A stretch of DNA of 64,000 bases from Azolla caroliniana (GCA_043228905.1 JBHGNT010000001.1:22072001-22136000), one strand, 5' to 3'. Numbered from the stretch's first letter, positions 1-13,194 are shown. Made by a program: numbers and translations. The notes: a model not told the origin generated them from the letters alone.

Positions 1-450
1 TTGTGCGATGGACACCGAGTACACAGTTGATTGTTCGAAACCCGACAATTAGGTAAACACAAATAATAGATACACATTGAGAGAGAGACAAAGAGAGAAA
101 ACAACAACACGTCAATTTGAAATAATGAACACTCTGTACATACAACGTGCTCAATGAGCACTTTTTATACAAGCCCTGACAATTGGGTTGACACAAGTAC
201 CATTAGTACCTGAATTCTCATAAATGAGCCTGACTCTAATTTTTCCTATAATATTCCTATTTTCTATAATAGGTATATAAGCCCCTAATGGCCTTTTTGG
301 ATTTCGTTCGACTTGGCACACCCAAATCGAACTCTATTCAATTCGGCTCTCGGCTACTTCAGCCGATTTGGGCCTAGTCGATCGGTCTCCAATAGATTTG
401 GCGCTTGACTTCTTCAGCCGATTCTACCCATATTGAGCTTGCCTCTCAAT
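1..450 (-). mobile_element. Ty1/copia LTR (cut by window edge)
   Basis: Ends in gagcttgcctctcaa, the reverse complement of the TGTTGAG..CAAGCTCAA start shared by the LTRs at 57645, 58061 and 63298. Minus-strand TATA-like tgtataaaaag near 165. Confidence 0.7.
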
Positions 451-929
451 ATGTATCTTGTATGAACAAGATGTGTAGTTTCTCCTATCAGCTTTTCCAT
501 CGGAAGTGAGCTACACATTCCTCAATCCATCTTCGTGTTTGTCTTGTCTAGAGTGTTAACCTACCGATAACGAACTGTTGTAGCCAACAGACACAATAGG
601 TCGAACATTCAACTTTGAACATTCAGTCAAGAAGATTGTGGTGGAGAGATGGATAAGTCGGCACTAATCTACACTCAGTGAATAGGTGTAAAGAGATTAG
701 TTATTACGATTAATTATTACAATTAGACATTTGATCTTGATCGACTCATGATAGACACACCCAAACGTAATAAAATAGTATTCCTCAATCCATCTTCCTG
801 TCTGTCCTGTCCGAAGTGTTAACCTACCGGTACCCAATTCGGCAAGAACCTACAAAACCGTCTATTTCCTAATATTACTTTAAATTTTATGCTTTCATAT
901 TTATGTGTTTTCCGAATACTGGTCATACT

Positions 930-1175
930 TTTCAACTCTGACTCGGACACTAACTCCTTTCCACATTAGTCTGACTCTGGGTATCCAATCGGCCAACATG
1001 GAGATTCAAAAGCTTGTCTATGTTGAAGTGCTTGTTGGCTGTAGGGAATCTTCAACCCTCACGTTCTGATACCATGTAGAAGAATAGTATACGTAGAAGC
1101 TCGTACACAAGACATGGTCGGCTTGGTTGCACAATAGTAGACAATTAGGTATACACAGAGAATGTAGCTAGAGAA
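930..1175 (-). mobile_element. Copia leader, tRNA-iMet PBS (1064-1074) and LTR stub
   Basis: ttctgatacca|tgtag is the reverse complement of CA-TGGTATCAGAA. The segment is the reverse complement of the leader at about 42060-42265. Confidence 0.75.
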
Positions 1176-1179
1176 CTAG

Positions 1180-2930
1180 ACGGAAAAGTACTCTTTTCAG
1201 CCATAAGACCTTAGGCACTTGATTTTCCAACCGTTCTCCCATTCGGCAAGGCTTTTCACCTTGAAGAAGCAAGAGAAGACTTTTCTTTTCTTCTCGATCA
1301 AGCACGCCCAAGTGTGTTGAGTGTAGTCATCGATCAAGGTTACAAAATAACAACTTCCACCGATACTCACGTTTTGCATTGGTCCTCATACATCCGAATG
1401 GATTAAATCAAGCTTGTTTCGGTTCCGATTTCTTTCATTTGGGAATAGAACTCAGTGATGCTTCCCTAACTACCATGCTTTGCAGGCTTAGCCATTTCAG
1501 CCACTAAATTTTGGTAGCCAAAAATGATGTTTTTTTGTCTACAACTCCCGAAGGCCGAACAACTTGTGCCATAGGTCAATGTCCAACTCGACCTTTTTCC
1601 ATTATGAAAACATCGTTGTCACAGCTTCATTGGTAGTGAGGATAAACATCCTCCCATCTCTGCACCCTTGCGCGATGTTCTTGCCTTCTTCCTCTATGAA
1701 GCACCTAAGGTGAGTAAATCGAACTTGCATGCCCTGGTCGACAATTTGTCCGCCCAACACAAGGTTCTATGTGATTGCCGGCACATGCAAGACATTTCTC
1801 ATTATTTCTCTTTGACGGACATGGCTGAGACGAACATCTCCTATTTGTTCGATGCAATGAGGGGGTTCATTACTAGTTTCAACGAACCCTCGCTTCTCTG
1901 GCTTTTCCATAGTCGAGAACCACTCCTTGTGATTCTTCATGGGGTTCGATGCGCCTGAATCCACATACCATACCTCGTTCAACCTTGAGGTGTTCACCAC
2001 CATCAAGTTGGCTTTGTGCTTCATGATGAAGGTTGGGCCCGTTTCGGCTCGCCCCCGAGCCTTCAACGTAATGCGATCTCTGATGCCAATCGTCATCTCC
2101 TTGACTCGATCCGGGTTTGTCTGAATCGTCTCCCTTTTTCCAACACTCCCTCTCTCTGTGGCCCTTCCAGACACAATACCAATTGTCCATTGCCGCCTTT
2201 CTTTCCTGACCTCTAACGCCGCCTTGACTCCCCCTACTCGTGGAGGGTCCGGAACTGTTGTCAGCATTTCGATTATGCATCAAGTTCTACTCCTATCAAC
2301 CGCCTCCATTACATGCCGACCATCCTTGTCCACCATGACCACGGGGCATTTCTACCTCCGTGTAGAGCATCTTGTTGTCGATGCGTACTCGTCGATGCAC
2401 CCGAGTGGTTTTCTTCTACAAGCAACATCGATTGTAGCTCGAAAAACGAAGGCATATTCTCCCTCTTGCTGACTACCGTTCTGAATGCTCCGAACTTCAA
2501 CACTAACACTCCGATGCAAACCTGTACCATTTCATCCTCCTCGACGTTCATGTTGACAGAGTCGAGGGAGTCGTAGACCTCCTTGATCGTAGAGGTGTAG
2601 TCAGCCACCGACATATCCCTCTATCGGACATTGCTCAATAATTGTCTAAGTTGAAGCTTTCTGGTTGTGGTGCTCACGATGGAAATCTTCTTCAGATTTC
2701 CACAAGCATCTTTCAACGTTTTGGCATCCCACATGTAGCCCCATAATTGGTCACTCTCACAAGATGTGAAGTAGTACCAAACTCTACTCCTCGCCTATTC
2801 CTAGGTCGGGAAATCTCTATGTGTCAACTGAGGTGCTTCATCATTAGCTTCTTCGACATAACTCCAATATCCATGACCCAGTAAGTACTGGTGCATCTCG
2901 TACAACCAAGATGCGTAATTTCTCATCTCG
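1180..2930 (-). mobile_element. Degenerate Ty1/copia gag-protease-integrase fragment
   Basis: SVADYTSTIKE..EDEMVQVCIG (gag), zinc knuckle WYCVWKGHRERECWKK, protease WYVDSGASN, integrase YFVTLIDDYT. Many frameshifts and stops. Confidence 0.85.
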
Positions 2931-3764
2931 TACATGTGCTCAATGAGCACTTTTTATACAAGCCCTGACAATTGGGTTGACACAAGTACCATTAGTACCT
3001 GAATGCTGATAAATGAGCCTGACTTTAATTTTGCCTATAATATTCCTATTTTCTATAATAGGTATATAGGCCCATAACGGCCTTTTTGGATTTCATTCGA
3101 CTCGGCACACCCAAATCGAACTCTATTCGATTCGGTTCTCGGCTGCTTCAGCTGACTCGAGCATAGTCAATCGGTCTCCAAGAGATTCGGCGCTCGACTT
3201 CTTTAGCCAATTCTATCCATGTTGAGCTTGCCTCTCAACATGTATCTTGTATGAACAAGATTTTTAGTTTCTCCTATCGAGCTTTTCCATCAGAAGTGAG
3301 CTATGCATTCCTCAATCTATCTTCGTGTCTGTCTTGTCTAGAGTGTTAACCTACCGATAACGAACTATTGTAGCCAATAGACACAATAGGTTGAACATTC
3401 AACTTTGAACGTTCAATCAAGAAGTCGACACTAATCTACACTCGGTGAATAGGTGTAAAGAGATTAGTTATTACGATTAATTATTACAATTAGACATTTG
3501 ATCTTGATCGACTCATGATAGATACACCCAAACGTAATAAAATAGTATCCATATTATGTTTAATATGCTTGGTTTTTCACTAACATTAGCCTAAGGTATT
3601 ATAACCTACAAGATTCACTAAGGATCAGACTACATCAACTAGAATCATTAATATATAGATATCACTTCCACTTCTGGTATCTACACCTTTATAAGATGGT
3701 TAAGCTTGCATAAGAACATGAACACTAAACTGACAATTTGTATGGAAAGCTTAGGAGTCAAAGG

Positions 3765-5215
3765 TGTTGGGAAACAGGTCCCCCTGGATGGGAAACCGAA
3801 ATCGAGGACACAAGGGTAATCATTTTAGACTACCAAAATCGAAATCGTTTTAGAAGACCACAAATGTAAATGGTCTAAAATGCCTCTTGGGGGCTATACT
3901 CGTAAATAGCCAGATAGTTGCTTTTGTTTATAAGCAACTAGGGCAAACTTTAGTAGTTGTAATTGATCATTATTGTAAAATTAGAACGAGGTAGTTGCCT
4001 CTGTAACCGTGAGTGAGAGAGAGTGAACTCTGTAATCGTCTGTCAGACGAAGGAGAAGTCGAGGTCATTGGCTCCGAGTTCCGTATTTGTACTTCCTCTC
4101 TACCATAATGATCTATTTTCTCAGGGTTTGTGGACCCCCATGGTTTTTCCCATTTCGGGTTTTCCACATAAAATATTGGTGTCTCTGTGTCTTCACATTT
4201 TTCTTTCTATGTACTAGTTTTTGGTTTCTGCACACGAATAAGAACGTGAAACTGGTTGTGGTCGGTCGATTCCTAACAAAGTGGTATTAGAGCGATGGAA
4301 GACTCATTCAGCGACATGTTTAAGCTAACCGGCTCCAACTACTTAGTGTGGAAGTCGAAGATGAGAGACATGCTCGTGTGCAAAGACCTTTGGTTGTTGG
4401 TGCAGTTCAGAAATAAAAGACTAGACAATATCGATGCAGCGACTTGGGAAGTGTTGCATCTGAAGGTAGTTGTATATATAAGGTGTTTTATAGACATGAG
4501 TCTATACAAAAACTTCGGCGAAGAAATAGAAGCAGACATCCTATGGAAAAGATCGGTGTCATGTTCGAAAACAAGAACATCGTGCACTGAATCTGAGTAT
4601 TTCGAAAAATAGTGAGGCTCCGATATCAGGATGGCTCCAGTATGGTGGACCACATCAATTCCTTCCAAGGATTGATAGACCAAACCACCTCTCTAGAAGT
4701 ACCTCTGGCCGACGAGGTATTAGCACTGTTGTTGCTGGGATCCCTTCCGGACAGTTGGGAAACGTTGGTTGTCACGTTGGGCAACGTGGGACCGGAAGGG
4801 AAACACCTACCCTAGATGCAAGTGAGGTCAAGCTTGCTAAATGAAGAAGCTCGCCAGAAGGACTGAGAGTCCAATACCGACCAAAAGGCCTTAGTCACAG
4901 AAGGTGACACGATTCAAGGAAGAAGACTAAATCAAAGTTCCTAGAACCGAGATAAGTCGGGGACTAGGTCGAAGTCAAGGGGGAAACCCACATGCTTCTA
5001 TTGTGGGAAGTCAGAGCACTTCCAAAAAAACTGGTGACACTTTCGAAAGGAAAAGGGGGAACTGATGGTGTAGAGCCAAAGAAAATCCCGGACAAGAAGA
5101 ACACCTCAGCAATCGCCGTGAGTGAGGAGGAGTTGTTGCTCATTAGTGAGCAAAACAAAGTGAATCTCGGCAAAGAATCGACATGGGTGGTTGATTCGGG
5201 TGCGTCGTTTCACCT
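3765..5215 (+). mobile_element. 5' part of a Ty1/copia element: LTR 3765-4278, PBS 4282-4293, disrupted gag-protease from 4295
   Basis: TGTTGG...CTAACA LTR, TGGTATTAGAGC PBS, KLTGSNYLVWKSKMRDML, LLLGSLPDSWETLV, WVVDSGASFHL. Interrupted at 5216. Confidence 0.88.
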
Positions 5216-6185
5216 TGTACGGATGAACAATTGGAGATAAAGAGATGGGGAAGTTGATGAGATAGGGAGATCGAGAAGTTGATGACAATGAGTAAAAGGT
5301 TCTATTCCATGATTGGTGTTGATCTCCTTGATGTTAATAAGGGAGATCAACCCTTTTTATACATGTAGTGATGCATGATAAGCATGCTCATGGCAAGTCT
5401 TACATATTATAATATCAAGCCTACTAATTCTTGCATGCCAAGTCTGACATATTGAGTCTTACATATTGGGTCTTACATATTGAGTCTTACATACCACTCT
5501 TTTTACAAAGGTTTGAAGTCTAAAGTTTGTCTAGGAGAAATATATATATGCAAGGGCCTAAGGTTCACATTCGAGTCCATGTTCATGGCATTATCCTCCC
5601 CTTAAGTGCCAACTTCAAGAAGATGCGGGTTTGCACAGATATCAGAGATGAAAATCATGAACCACTTCCAGGGCATTTAGTAAATTTCTAGCGGGCTCCC
5701 ATGTAGCCTCGGAGATGGGATATCTTTTCCATAAAACAAGATACTAGAGCATTCGCCGGCTCTTCCGTGAGTCTAGAATGGTCTCAACTTCATACTCATC
5801 CCCAGTCGCCAAAGCCACAGGGGGAGGTGGCTCAATGCTTCTTCCTAGAATTGAGGATGGATGATAGAGCTCAAGAAGCGATGCATGGTAGACATTGTGA
5901 ATTTGGTAGTGTGATGGAAGAGCAAGACGGAAAGCCATAGGGTTGACTTTATGAATGATGCAGAATGGACCCAACTTTTTGTAATCAAGTTTGTTGCATG
6001 GGTGAGTTGTCAGAATATGCCGACGTAATAGCCAGACCATGTCACCGACTTTAAAACCAAGCGCAGCTCGTCGATGGAAGTTCCAAGAGTCTGGAAGAGG
6101 CGCTTCCAGAAATGAGACATAAATTGGGGACCACGATCAGAGATAATGTCATCCAGTAAACCATCAAAGGCGCACAATATTTGTT
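5216..6185 (-). mobile_element. 3' end of a Ty3/gypsy chromovirus: LTR 5216-5590, PPT, chromodomain/integrase
   Basis: TG...CA LTR with GTCTTACATATTG tandem copies, PPT GGGGAGGATAA at 5591-5601, KLDYKKLGPF..IHNVYHASLL and EYEVETILDSR..ATWEP. Confidence 0.82.
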
Positions 6186-6249
6186 AACAATAGATTTGTT
6201 GTTTCCATCCCTGAAATTGCTTTAGAACATGGAATAAAATGTGCCATCT

Positions 6250-6580
6250 TTCCACCATCGCGTGCAGTAGACTTCCTACGGCCGATGCGTAGGGTATTTT
6301 GCTCATGTCATTGAGCTCTTCCTCTACCTCTATGAGGGGAGAGTCATTGTCTAATAGTCTGGACTCTGAACGACATTGGACGTGGTGTTGGTGTAAGCTT
6401 TGCATTCTCCATGTTGAAGCGCTTCAGCACCTTTTGAATATAGTCAAATTGGGAGAGCCGAAGAGTTTTCTTCATCTGGTTTCGCTCTATCCTCATGCTC
6501 AGTATGTGTCGGGTTTCTTTGAGTTCCTTCATTGAAAATTTCTCTATACATCACTAAGCATATCTTCCACTTATATAGTA
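6250..6580 (-). mobile_element. Copia RT fragment
   Basis: MKELKETRHILSMRI..LSQFDYIQKVLKRFNM and MSKIPYASAVGSLL. Confidence 0.75.
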
Positions 6581-6880
6581 TATGTTAGAGTCTAACTAAC
6601 TAATTAAGCAAAACATAAGGAATTATAGACCAAAGATAGGAAAGAGGGGTGGAAAACCACCTGACCACCCCCTAACAACGACTTAAGGCAAACCTGAACC
6701 TCCTCAATGTCCCATACCATTGAGGGTTGATGTGAGTGGTACCTTGGTTCCTACGAGGATTGCACATGATTAGCTAACAAGAACCATAACCACACCGTTA
6801 TAGTCTTGACATAAGTGAAGCCTCCTTAATAAGAAGGTAGCTAGTCTCCTTATATAGACAAAAACCCTAGTCCCTAGTGT

Positions 6881-9800
6881 TGTCATGGATAGATCATAAG
6901 CTCAAGAGGCAAGAAAAAAGATAACCAAATGGATGAATAGTATTAACTGAAAGACTCTGTAACTGGTGTTGTTCACCTTGAATTCCTCCAAGGTGAACTC
7001 AACTATTTATACTACACAGCATGCATACTTGTTGCACGCATGTGAATCTACAATAGAGGATGTAAGTATGCATGCATGTGCCAAGTGTAAATACTACAAG
7101 GGAGCAACTATGCACATGATGCTAGCCAAAACAACAAGGACCAATTATATACATAATTGTATACTAGATATGTTGGTTAACCCATAATACTTGATTATAA
7201 CATGGTCATGTCAAGAGTTAGAATCTTGACATTATCCCCCTCCTATGCCGCCTTCCCAAATCGGCCGCTAGTTTGTGGGGATATTGGTGATGAAAATCTT
7301 GGACCACCTCCGGGGCATTTTGTAAATTTTCCGATGGTTCCCACGTGGCGTCAAACATGGGTAACCCCTCCACAAGAAGAGATATTGCAAGTGTCGATGG
7401 TGCCAACGCGAGTCAAGGATTTGGTCGACCTCGTATTCCTCCCCTATCGTCAATTGCACAGGTGGTGGTGGTGGGGCCTAACGTCCTGGGACTTGCGAAG
7501 CATAACGGGGTTCAAGGAGGGAGACATGAAAAAAATCATGAATCCGGAGGTGGGATGGAAGGGCGAGCCGGAAGGCGATGGGATTGATGCCCTCGATGAT
7601 ACGAAATGGTCCCAACTGCTTGTAATCAAGTTTTGCACATGGACGAGTAGTAGACATGTGTCGGCATAACAACCAGACCATGTCTCCAATGACAAAGTGT
7701 GGAGTGGCAGATTGATGGCGATCAGCCTACTTCTTGTATCGTTCACTAGCGAGGCTAAGCTCCAAGTATAAATCATGATGTAGCTCTTCTAAAACGCGTG
7801 CGTGATCCTCCCCCGAAGGGTTCACAGAATTGATAGGAAGGGAAATGTTGAAGCAAGGATGTAAACCATAGTTTGCAAAGAAGGGAGTGACGCCAGTTGA
7901 TGCATGGAGAGAATTATTGTAGGTGAATTCCGTGAGTGAAAGTAAGTTGACCCAATCATCTTGTTGGTAACTAACCGAGCACCGAAGATACTACTCAAGG
8001 ATTTGGTTGACACGCTTCGTCTGCCCATCAGTTTGGGGGTGATACGCGGAGGACAACTTGACAGAGATGCCTAAAGTTTGTAGCAGGTGCTGCCAGAAGT
8101 GAGAGACAAACTGGGGTCCACGATCGGAGATGACATCATCGGGGAGTCCATGCAAGCGGACCACATTGTTGAGTAGTAGATGCACCATTCCTTCTCCGGA
8201 AATGGTTTTGGAGCATGGAGTGAAGTGAGCCATCTTCGTAAACCGATCGACAATGACCAACACCAGATCATAGCTATTGACTAAGGGTAGATCAATTATC
8301 AGGTCCATAGAGATAGAGGCCCAGGGACGACGGGGGCATGGAAGTGAATGGAGTAAGTCGTATGGCTGATGATGAGCGGATTTGGAGCAAGCACAAACCT
8401 CACAACTCTTCATGTATTCTTTGACCAACTTCCATGGTTGTGGCCACCAGTACCCCCGAGATATTAGCTCGAGGGTTTTTGCGACCCCGAAATGACCTGC
8501 AAGTGGGTCATCGTGGCATTCCCGCAACACCCGGGTGCGACATGGGCCCTCAAGGATGTATAAGAGATTATCTCGGAATAGCAAACCCTCTTGTATGGTG
8601 AAGGTGTCAAGATCCTTCCTTTTGGTCGCCTCGGAGGGGTTTTGTAGACTATCTCGAATCTTGTTGGCGAACGCATCGGTCGTGGATGCATCGGTGATCT
8701 GTTGGAGTAATGAATCATCCTGCAACTTACAAGTGACAAAAAGATGCAATTGGTCGGGTTTCAGCAAACGTCTAGATTGTTGACTATAAGCAACATCCCC
8801 AGGACGGAGTGCAAGGTCAGCTCGACGAGAAAGGGCATCGGCCTGCCCATGTTGGCCATCAGGTTGAAATACGATCTCAAAATCGTAGTCGGCGAGAAAT
8901 GTCAACCAATGAGCCTGCCTTCGATTCAAAGTATGTGTGGTGGAAAAATAAACTAAATTTTTATGATTAGTCACTGCCTGGACACGATGTTGTGCGCCGG
9001 CCAAGTAGGGTTGCCATTCTTCAAAGGCAGCAATGATAGCAGCAAGCTCATTGTCGTATATGGGATAATTGATTTCGGAGGCCGTGAATTTCCGGGAGTA
9101 GTAAGCCACTGGGTGCATTAGGTTGGTGTCGTCGGCCTAGGATAAGATGGCGCCAATGGCGAAGTCAAAGGCATCAGTTTCGACTTGGAAGGGTTTTGTG
9201 GGGTCGGCATGTAGCAGCACCGAGGCAGTGATGAATGCGTGTTTGAGTGAGTCGAACGCATTTTGCGCCTCCAAGGTCCATAAAAAAGGAATACCTTTAC
9301 AGGTGAGGGCAATAAGAGGTTGTGCTAGGGTGGAAAACCCCTTGATGAAGCGACAGTAAAAATTCAAGAAGCCGAGGAAGGGTTGCACATCTTTACGTCG
9401 ACTTGGAGTCGCCCACGTCCGAATGACAAAGACCTTCTTCATATCCATGGTGTTGCCATTGGGCGAGATAATGTAGCCCAGAAATTCTATCGAGGTACGG
9501 TCGAACTCGCATTTCTCGCCTTTGGCATAAAGGCCATGCTCGCGAAGTTTGGCAAGAACTAATCGGACTCCTCCATGTTTGACGAGAAAATAAGAATATC
9601 ATCGAGGTAAATGACAACAAAATGATCAAGATATTCTCGGAATATATCGTTCATCTTATGTTGAAAAACTGTTGGGGCATTAGTAAGACCAAAAGGCATT
9701 ACCTTGTATTCAATATGCCCATACCGTGTTCGGAATGCGGTTTTCCAATTGTCCGCCAGCTTTATGCGTACTAGATTGTACGCTCCGCACAGATCAACTT

Positions 9801-12166
9801 TGGAGAAGACACGCGCAACTCGGAGTCGATCAAGGAGTTCGGGGATCAGAGGGAGCGGATAGCAGTTGCGCACAATGAGTTTGTTGAGACCTCGGTAGTC
9901 GATGCATAAGCGTAGAGAGTCGTCCTTCTTCTTCACGAATAAAATGGGGGCCCCGGCCGGCGACTTAAAAGGTTGAATAAATCCTTTCTTGAGGTTCTCA
10001 TCGAGATACACACAAAGGGCCTTCAGCTCTGGTACAGACAACACATATAGAGGACTAAAGGGTGGACACGCACCTTCTTGAAGATCAATCAGACAGTAGT
10101 AGAGCCGGTGTTCGGGCAAACGATTAGCATTACATTTTTCAAATACGTTGGAGAAGTGTTGGTATTTCTCAAGAATAACATGGAGTGTGTTAGAAATGGC
10201 ACCACAAACAACCCCATCCTGGACCGATGGTGGGGTAGTCGAGTCAAAATCGACCTTCTCTGAAGGATGGGAAACTGAATTGACCTTCATAGTTTTGCTC
10301 AAGCATCCTGGCTCGCTAAATGTAATCGAGCGGTTGCACCAATCCACTGTTGGATTTTGCGCCTCCAACCACGTTAGTCCAAAGACGACCAGATGTCGAG
10401 GAGATGCGAGGAGGTAAAAGGTGAGCTCCTCCTAGTGTGAGCCCACACGAAGCCCTAATGGGATCGTAGCTTGAGTAATTGCGCCTGACGAGAGGACGCG
10501 CCCGTCGATGGCTTCAACGGGAATGGGTTTTGAGAGGCAAACGACGGGTACACCATGTGCTTGGGCGAACACGACGTCAATGAAGCAAGAAGATGCCCCA
10601 GAATCAAGTAAAGCAACAGACTGAATGGAACTAGAGTTAAACAAAAGCCATACCTCCAATGTGAAATTTCCTGACGGTTCGGCAATGGAACCAAGAGAAT
10701 GTGGGTGACAAGAGATGTCCAATTGCATGGCTCCTACTACAACCGAACGATGTCATTTTCCGGATGTTGGGGTTCGTTAGCTCGATGGAATTGTGAGCGA
10801 TTACTCCTAGGACAATGGCCAACAACATGACCAGAGGCCCCACAATACATGCACAAGCCATTAGCCCGCCAAAATTGTTGTTCGGCATCAGTCAATGGCC
10901 GAAATCGGGCTTGATCAATTTCCATGGGGACGGGAGCATGTGCCAAAGTAGGGGAGCATGACGCAGTCGGTGGGAGGGATACCTGGGGTTGTATGACCAG
11001 GGCATGTCGTGGAAGTGAATGAGGTGGAACCCAAGTCCGGCCCTCTTCCTGGCGAAATTCGAAAAGACGATTGTCACAATGGATTGCTTGTGAAATCGCA
11101 TGGGATAACGAGATGGGCTCCAGAAAGTTCAAGAGAAGATTCTTGACATTGCTTCGAAGGCCCCACCGAAAGTGATCAGCTAAAGCTTGATCATCCCAAT
11201 TGACGTCGCATGCTAGTTGTCGAAATTCTGAAGCATAGACAAAAGTTGCACGCGAACCTTGTTCGAGTGCATAAAGCTTGTTAAGGGTTGTACATCGCCG
11301 GTCCGTCTCTCCAAATGTGGCCTCTAACTCGGCGAGGAAGGCGGGAAAGTCCTCCAATAGAGGTGACGAAGTTTCTATCAATGGTGCAAACCAAGCTTGG
11401 GCCAGACCGGAGAGAAGAGTGCCCACAAGGCCGACTTGTCGAAGACCATCTGCATAATGTTGAGGTTGTAGCCGAATGATAAGTCGAATTTGGTTGATGA
11501 ACCCTCGGAAACGCGACCTCGTTCCATCAAATTTTTTTGGGAGGCTAACCTTAAGCTCAAGAAAATGCGAAGAAACTAGGCCCGATGTTGGTAGAAGATT
11601 GGGCTCTAGGCTAGGTTGCAGTGGGAGACTAGGCTTCAGGGGTTGTGAGGATAGGGAGGTACCGACTTGAAGTTCTTGTAAAAAAATTCGAAGAGCTTCA
11701 TTTTCAAGGTGGAGTTGTTGTAAGGCTACCATTATCTGGCTTAAGTCACTTGCTGAGTTAGACATAGTTATGGCTTATGAGAGGGAGAGCTATGAGGATG
11801 GGAAGGTGAACAAACTGTCACGGATAGATCATAAGCTCAAGAGACAAGAAAGAAGATAACCAAATGGATGAATAGTATTAACTGAAAGACTTCGTAACTG
11901 GTGTTGTTCACCTCGAATTCCTTCAAGGTGAACTCAACTATTTATACTACACAGCATGCATACTTGTTGCACGCATGTGAATCTACAATAGAGGATGTAA
12001 GTATGCATGCATGTGCCAAGTGTAAATACTACAAGGGAGCAACTATGCACATGATGCTAGCCAAAACAACAAGGACCAATTATATACATAATTGTATACT
12101 AGATATGTTGGTTAACCCATAATACTTGATTATAACATGGTCATGTCAAGAGTTCGAATCTTGACA
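6881..12166 (-). mobile_element. Full-length Ty3/gypsy chromovirus (Tcn1/Tf1-sushi-like), 5286 bp, TSD AGTGT
   Basis: 351-bp LTRs at 6881-7231 and 11816-12166 with about 8 differences. AGTGT at 6876-6880 and 12167-12171. PPT 7232-7244. Gag 11765-10737 (PKKFDGTRSRFRGF, CMYCGASGHVVGHC), protease ALLDSGAS, RT YLDD, RNase H, integrase (HDDPLAGH, SDRGPQF) and chromodomain. Pol is broken by stops and frameshifts. Confidence 0.95.
10737..11765 (-). CDS. Intact gag ORF of the chromovirus (342 aa)
   Basis: Retrotransposon capsid-like sequence, PVPMEID motif and CCHC zinc knuckle. Confidence 0.85.
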   Translation of the reverse strand: MSNSASDLSQIMVALQQLHLENEALRIFLQELQVGTSLSSQPLKPSLPLQPSLEPNLLPTSGLVSSHFLELKVSLPKKFDGTRSRFRGFINQIRLIIRLQPQHYADGLRQVGLVGTLLSGLAQAWFAPLIETSSPLLEDFPAFLAELEATFGETDRRCTTLNKLYALEQGSRATFVYASEFRQLACDVNWDDQALADHFRWGLRSNVKNLLLNFLEPISLSHAISQAIHCDNRLFEFRQEEGRTWVPPHSLPRHALVIQPQVSLPPTASCSPTLAHAPVPMEIDQARFRPLTDAEQQFWRANGLCMYCGASGHVVGHCPRSNRSQFHRANEPQHPENDIVRL

Positions 12167-13194
12167 AGTGTATTCACACTTAACTGTTTTATTTTAGGTG
12201 GTCAGGAGATAACACACTTAATAGTTACCCCACACCATAGAGTTGATTATTACAATCCATATCCTCATTTCTTTTAGAATTAAACTACACATACTCATCA
12301 TAAGATTAGGGAAAATTACGAAAAACCTATCTTATGATCAATTATGGATACACATGTAACATACTGCCCCACTTTAAAAGATTGCATTCTTGCAAAGAAT
12401 ATTTAAGGGAAGTGTGTTTTAATGTACTTTGCCAACTAAAAGTTTGATCAATTAGGCAAATAAACCAATATAATTGAGAAATGTGAAAGATCTACAAACT
12501 TCTAGGGCTAATTTAGCACACTTACCCATAGACAAAGTCTTAAGAGTTTAAGATATAAATATCATCTAGGGTTCAAAACACAAGGTTGTCAATGCTTGTT
12601 GGCATAAAATCATGCCCTATATTGAGCAATAATAAACATATGTTTGCATATCCCTTAGTTTATACAATGTATAACTCATGATGATAAATGTAAATGTGGA
12701 TCAAGGTTTGTGGCTAAAATAATATATCAATATTAAAGGACTATATTTAATCAATGTATGTGTGGAGAAAAATACATAATAGGAATCTATTTTTCCTAAC
12801 AGCTTGAAGCATACCCTCATTAATTTGAACACTTGTTTTATTAGTCCATTAGATTGAGGTTGGTCAATGGAATCTATGCTCAAGGTTGTTTCTTGTGTTC
12901 CATAATGAAATTTTTTACAGAAAATTCACTAGTAACTAGAAATCTCTACCACTCATTGTATGTTAATAACTCGACAATGGTGATAATTACTCACATTAAC
13001 CATTCATATCGAAAAAGAAATGATAAGAGATTATACGAAGTGTATGATCTAATCCAAGATGCCTTAGTGAGAGTGCAAAATGAATTCATGTTTTTGACCA
13101 CAGGCAAATTTGGAACACAAACCTTTCCAATACGTTATCAATGTGGAAGGTTCCCTTCCAAGGTGTAGTGTTTAATAGCATCTATAATAGACTC

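Larger units (their letters stand above)
147..3548. repeat. Direct duplication: about 147-781 repeated at about 2936-3548
   Basis: Near-identical text covering part of the LTR plus about 330 bp of flank. The second copy lacks about 24 bp. Confidence 0.85.
6583..13180 (-). mobile_element. Older LTR (6583-6880 plus 12172-12361, split by the chromovirus insertion) with PPT and decayed integrase-like sequence
   Basis: The two halves join into a continuous match to the related LTR at about 13200-13680. PPT-like GGGGCAGTA adjoins 12361, and a QPQSNG motif lies in the 12701-12883 ORF. Confidence 0.65.

Noticed and set aside
6966-7187. Twin 73-aa ORFs (6966 and 11901) and other repeated short ORFs
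   Set aside because: They are chance ORFs inside LTRs or segmental duplications. Their recurrence reflects DNA duplication, not coding conservation.
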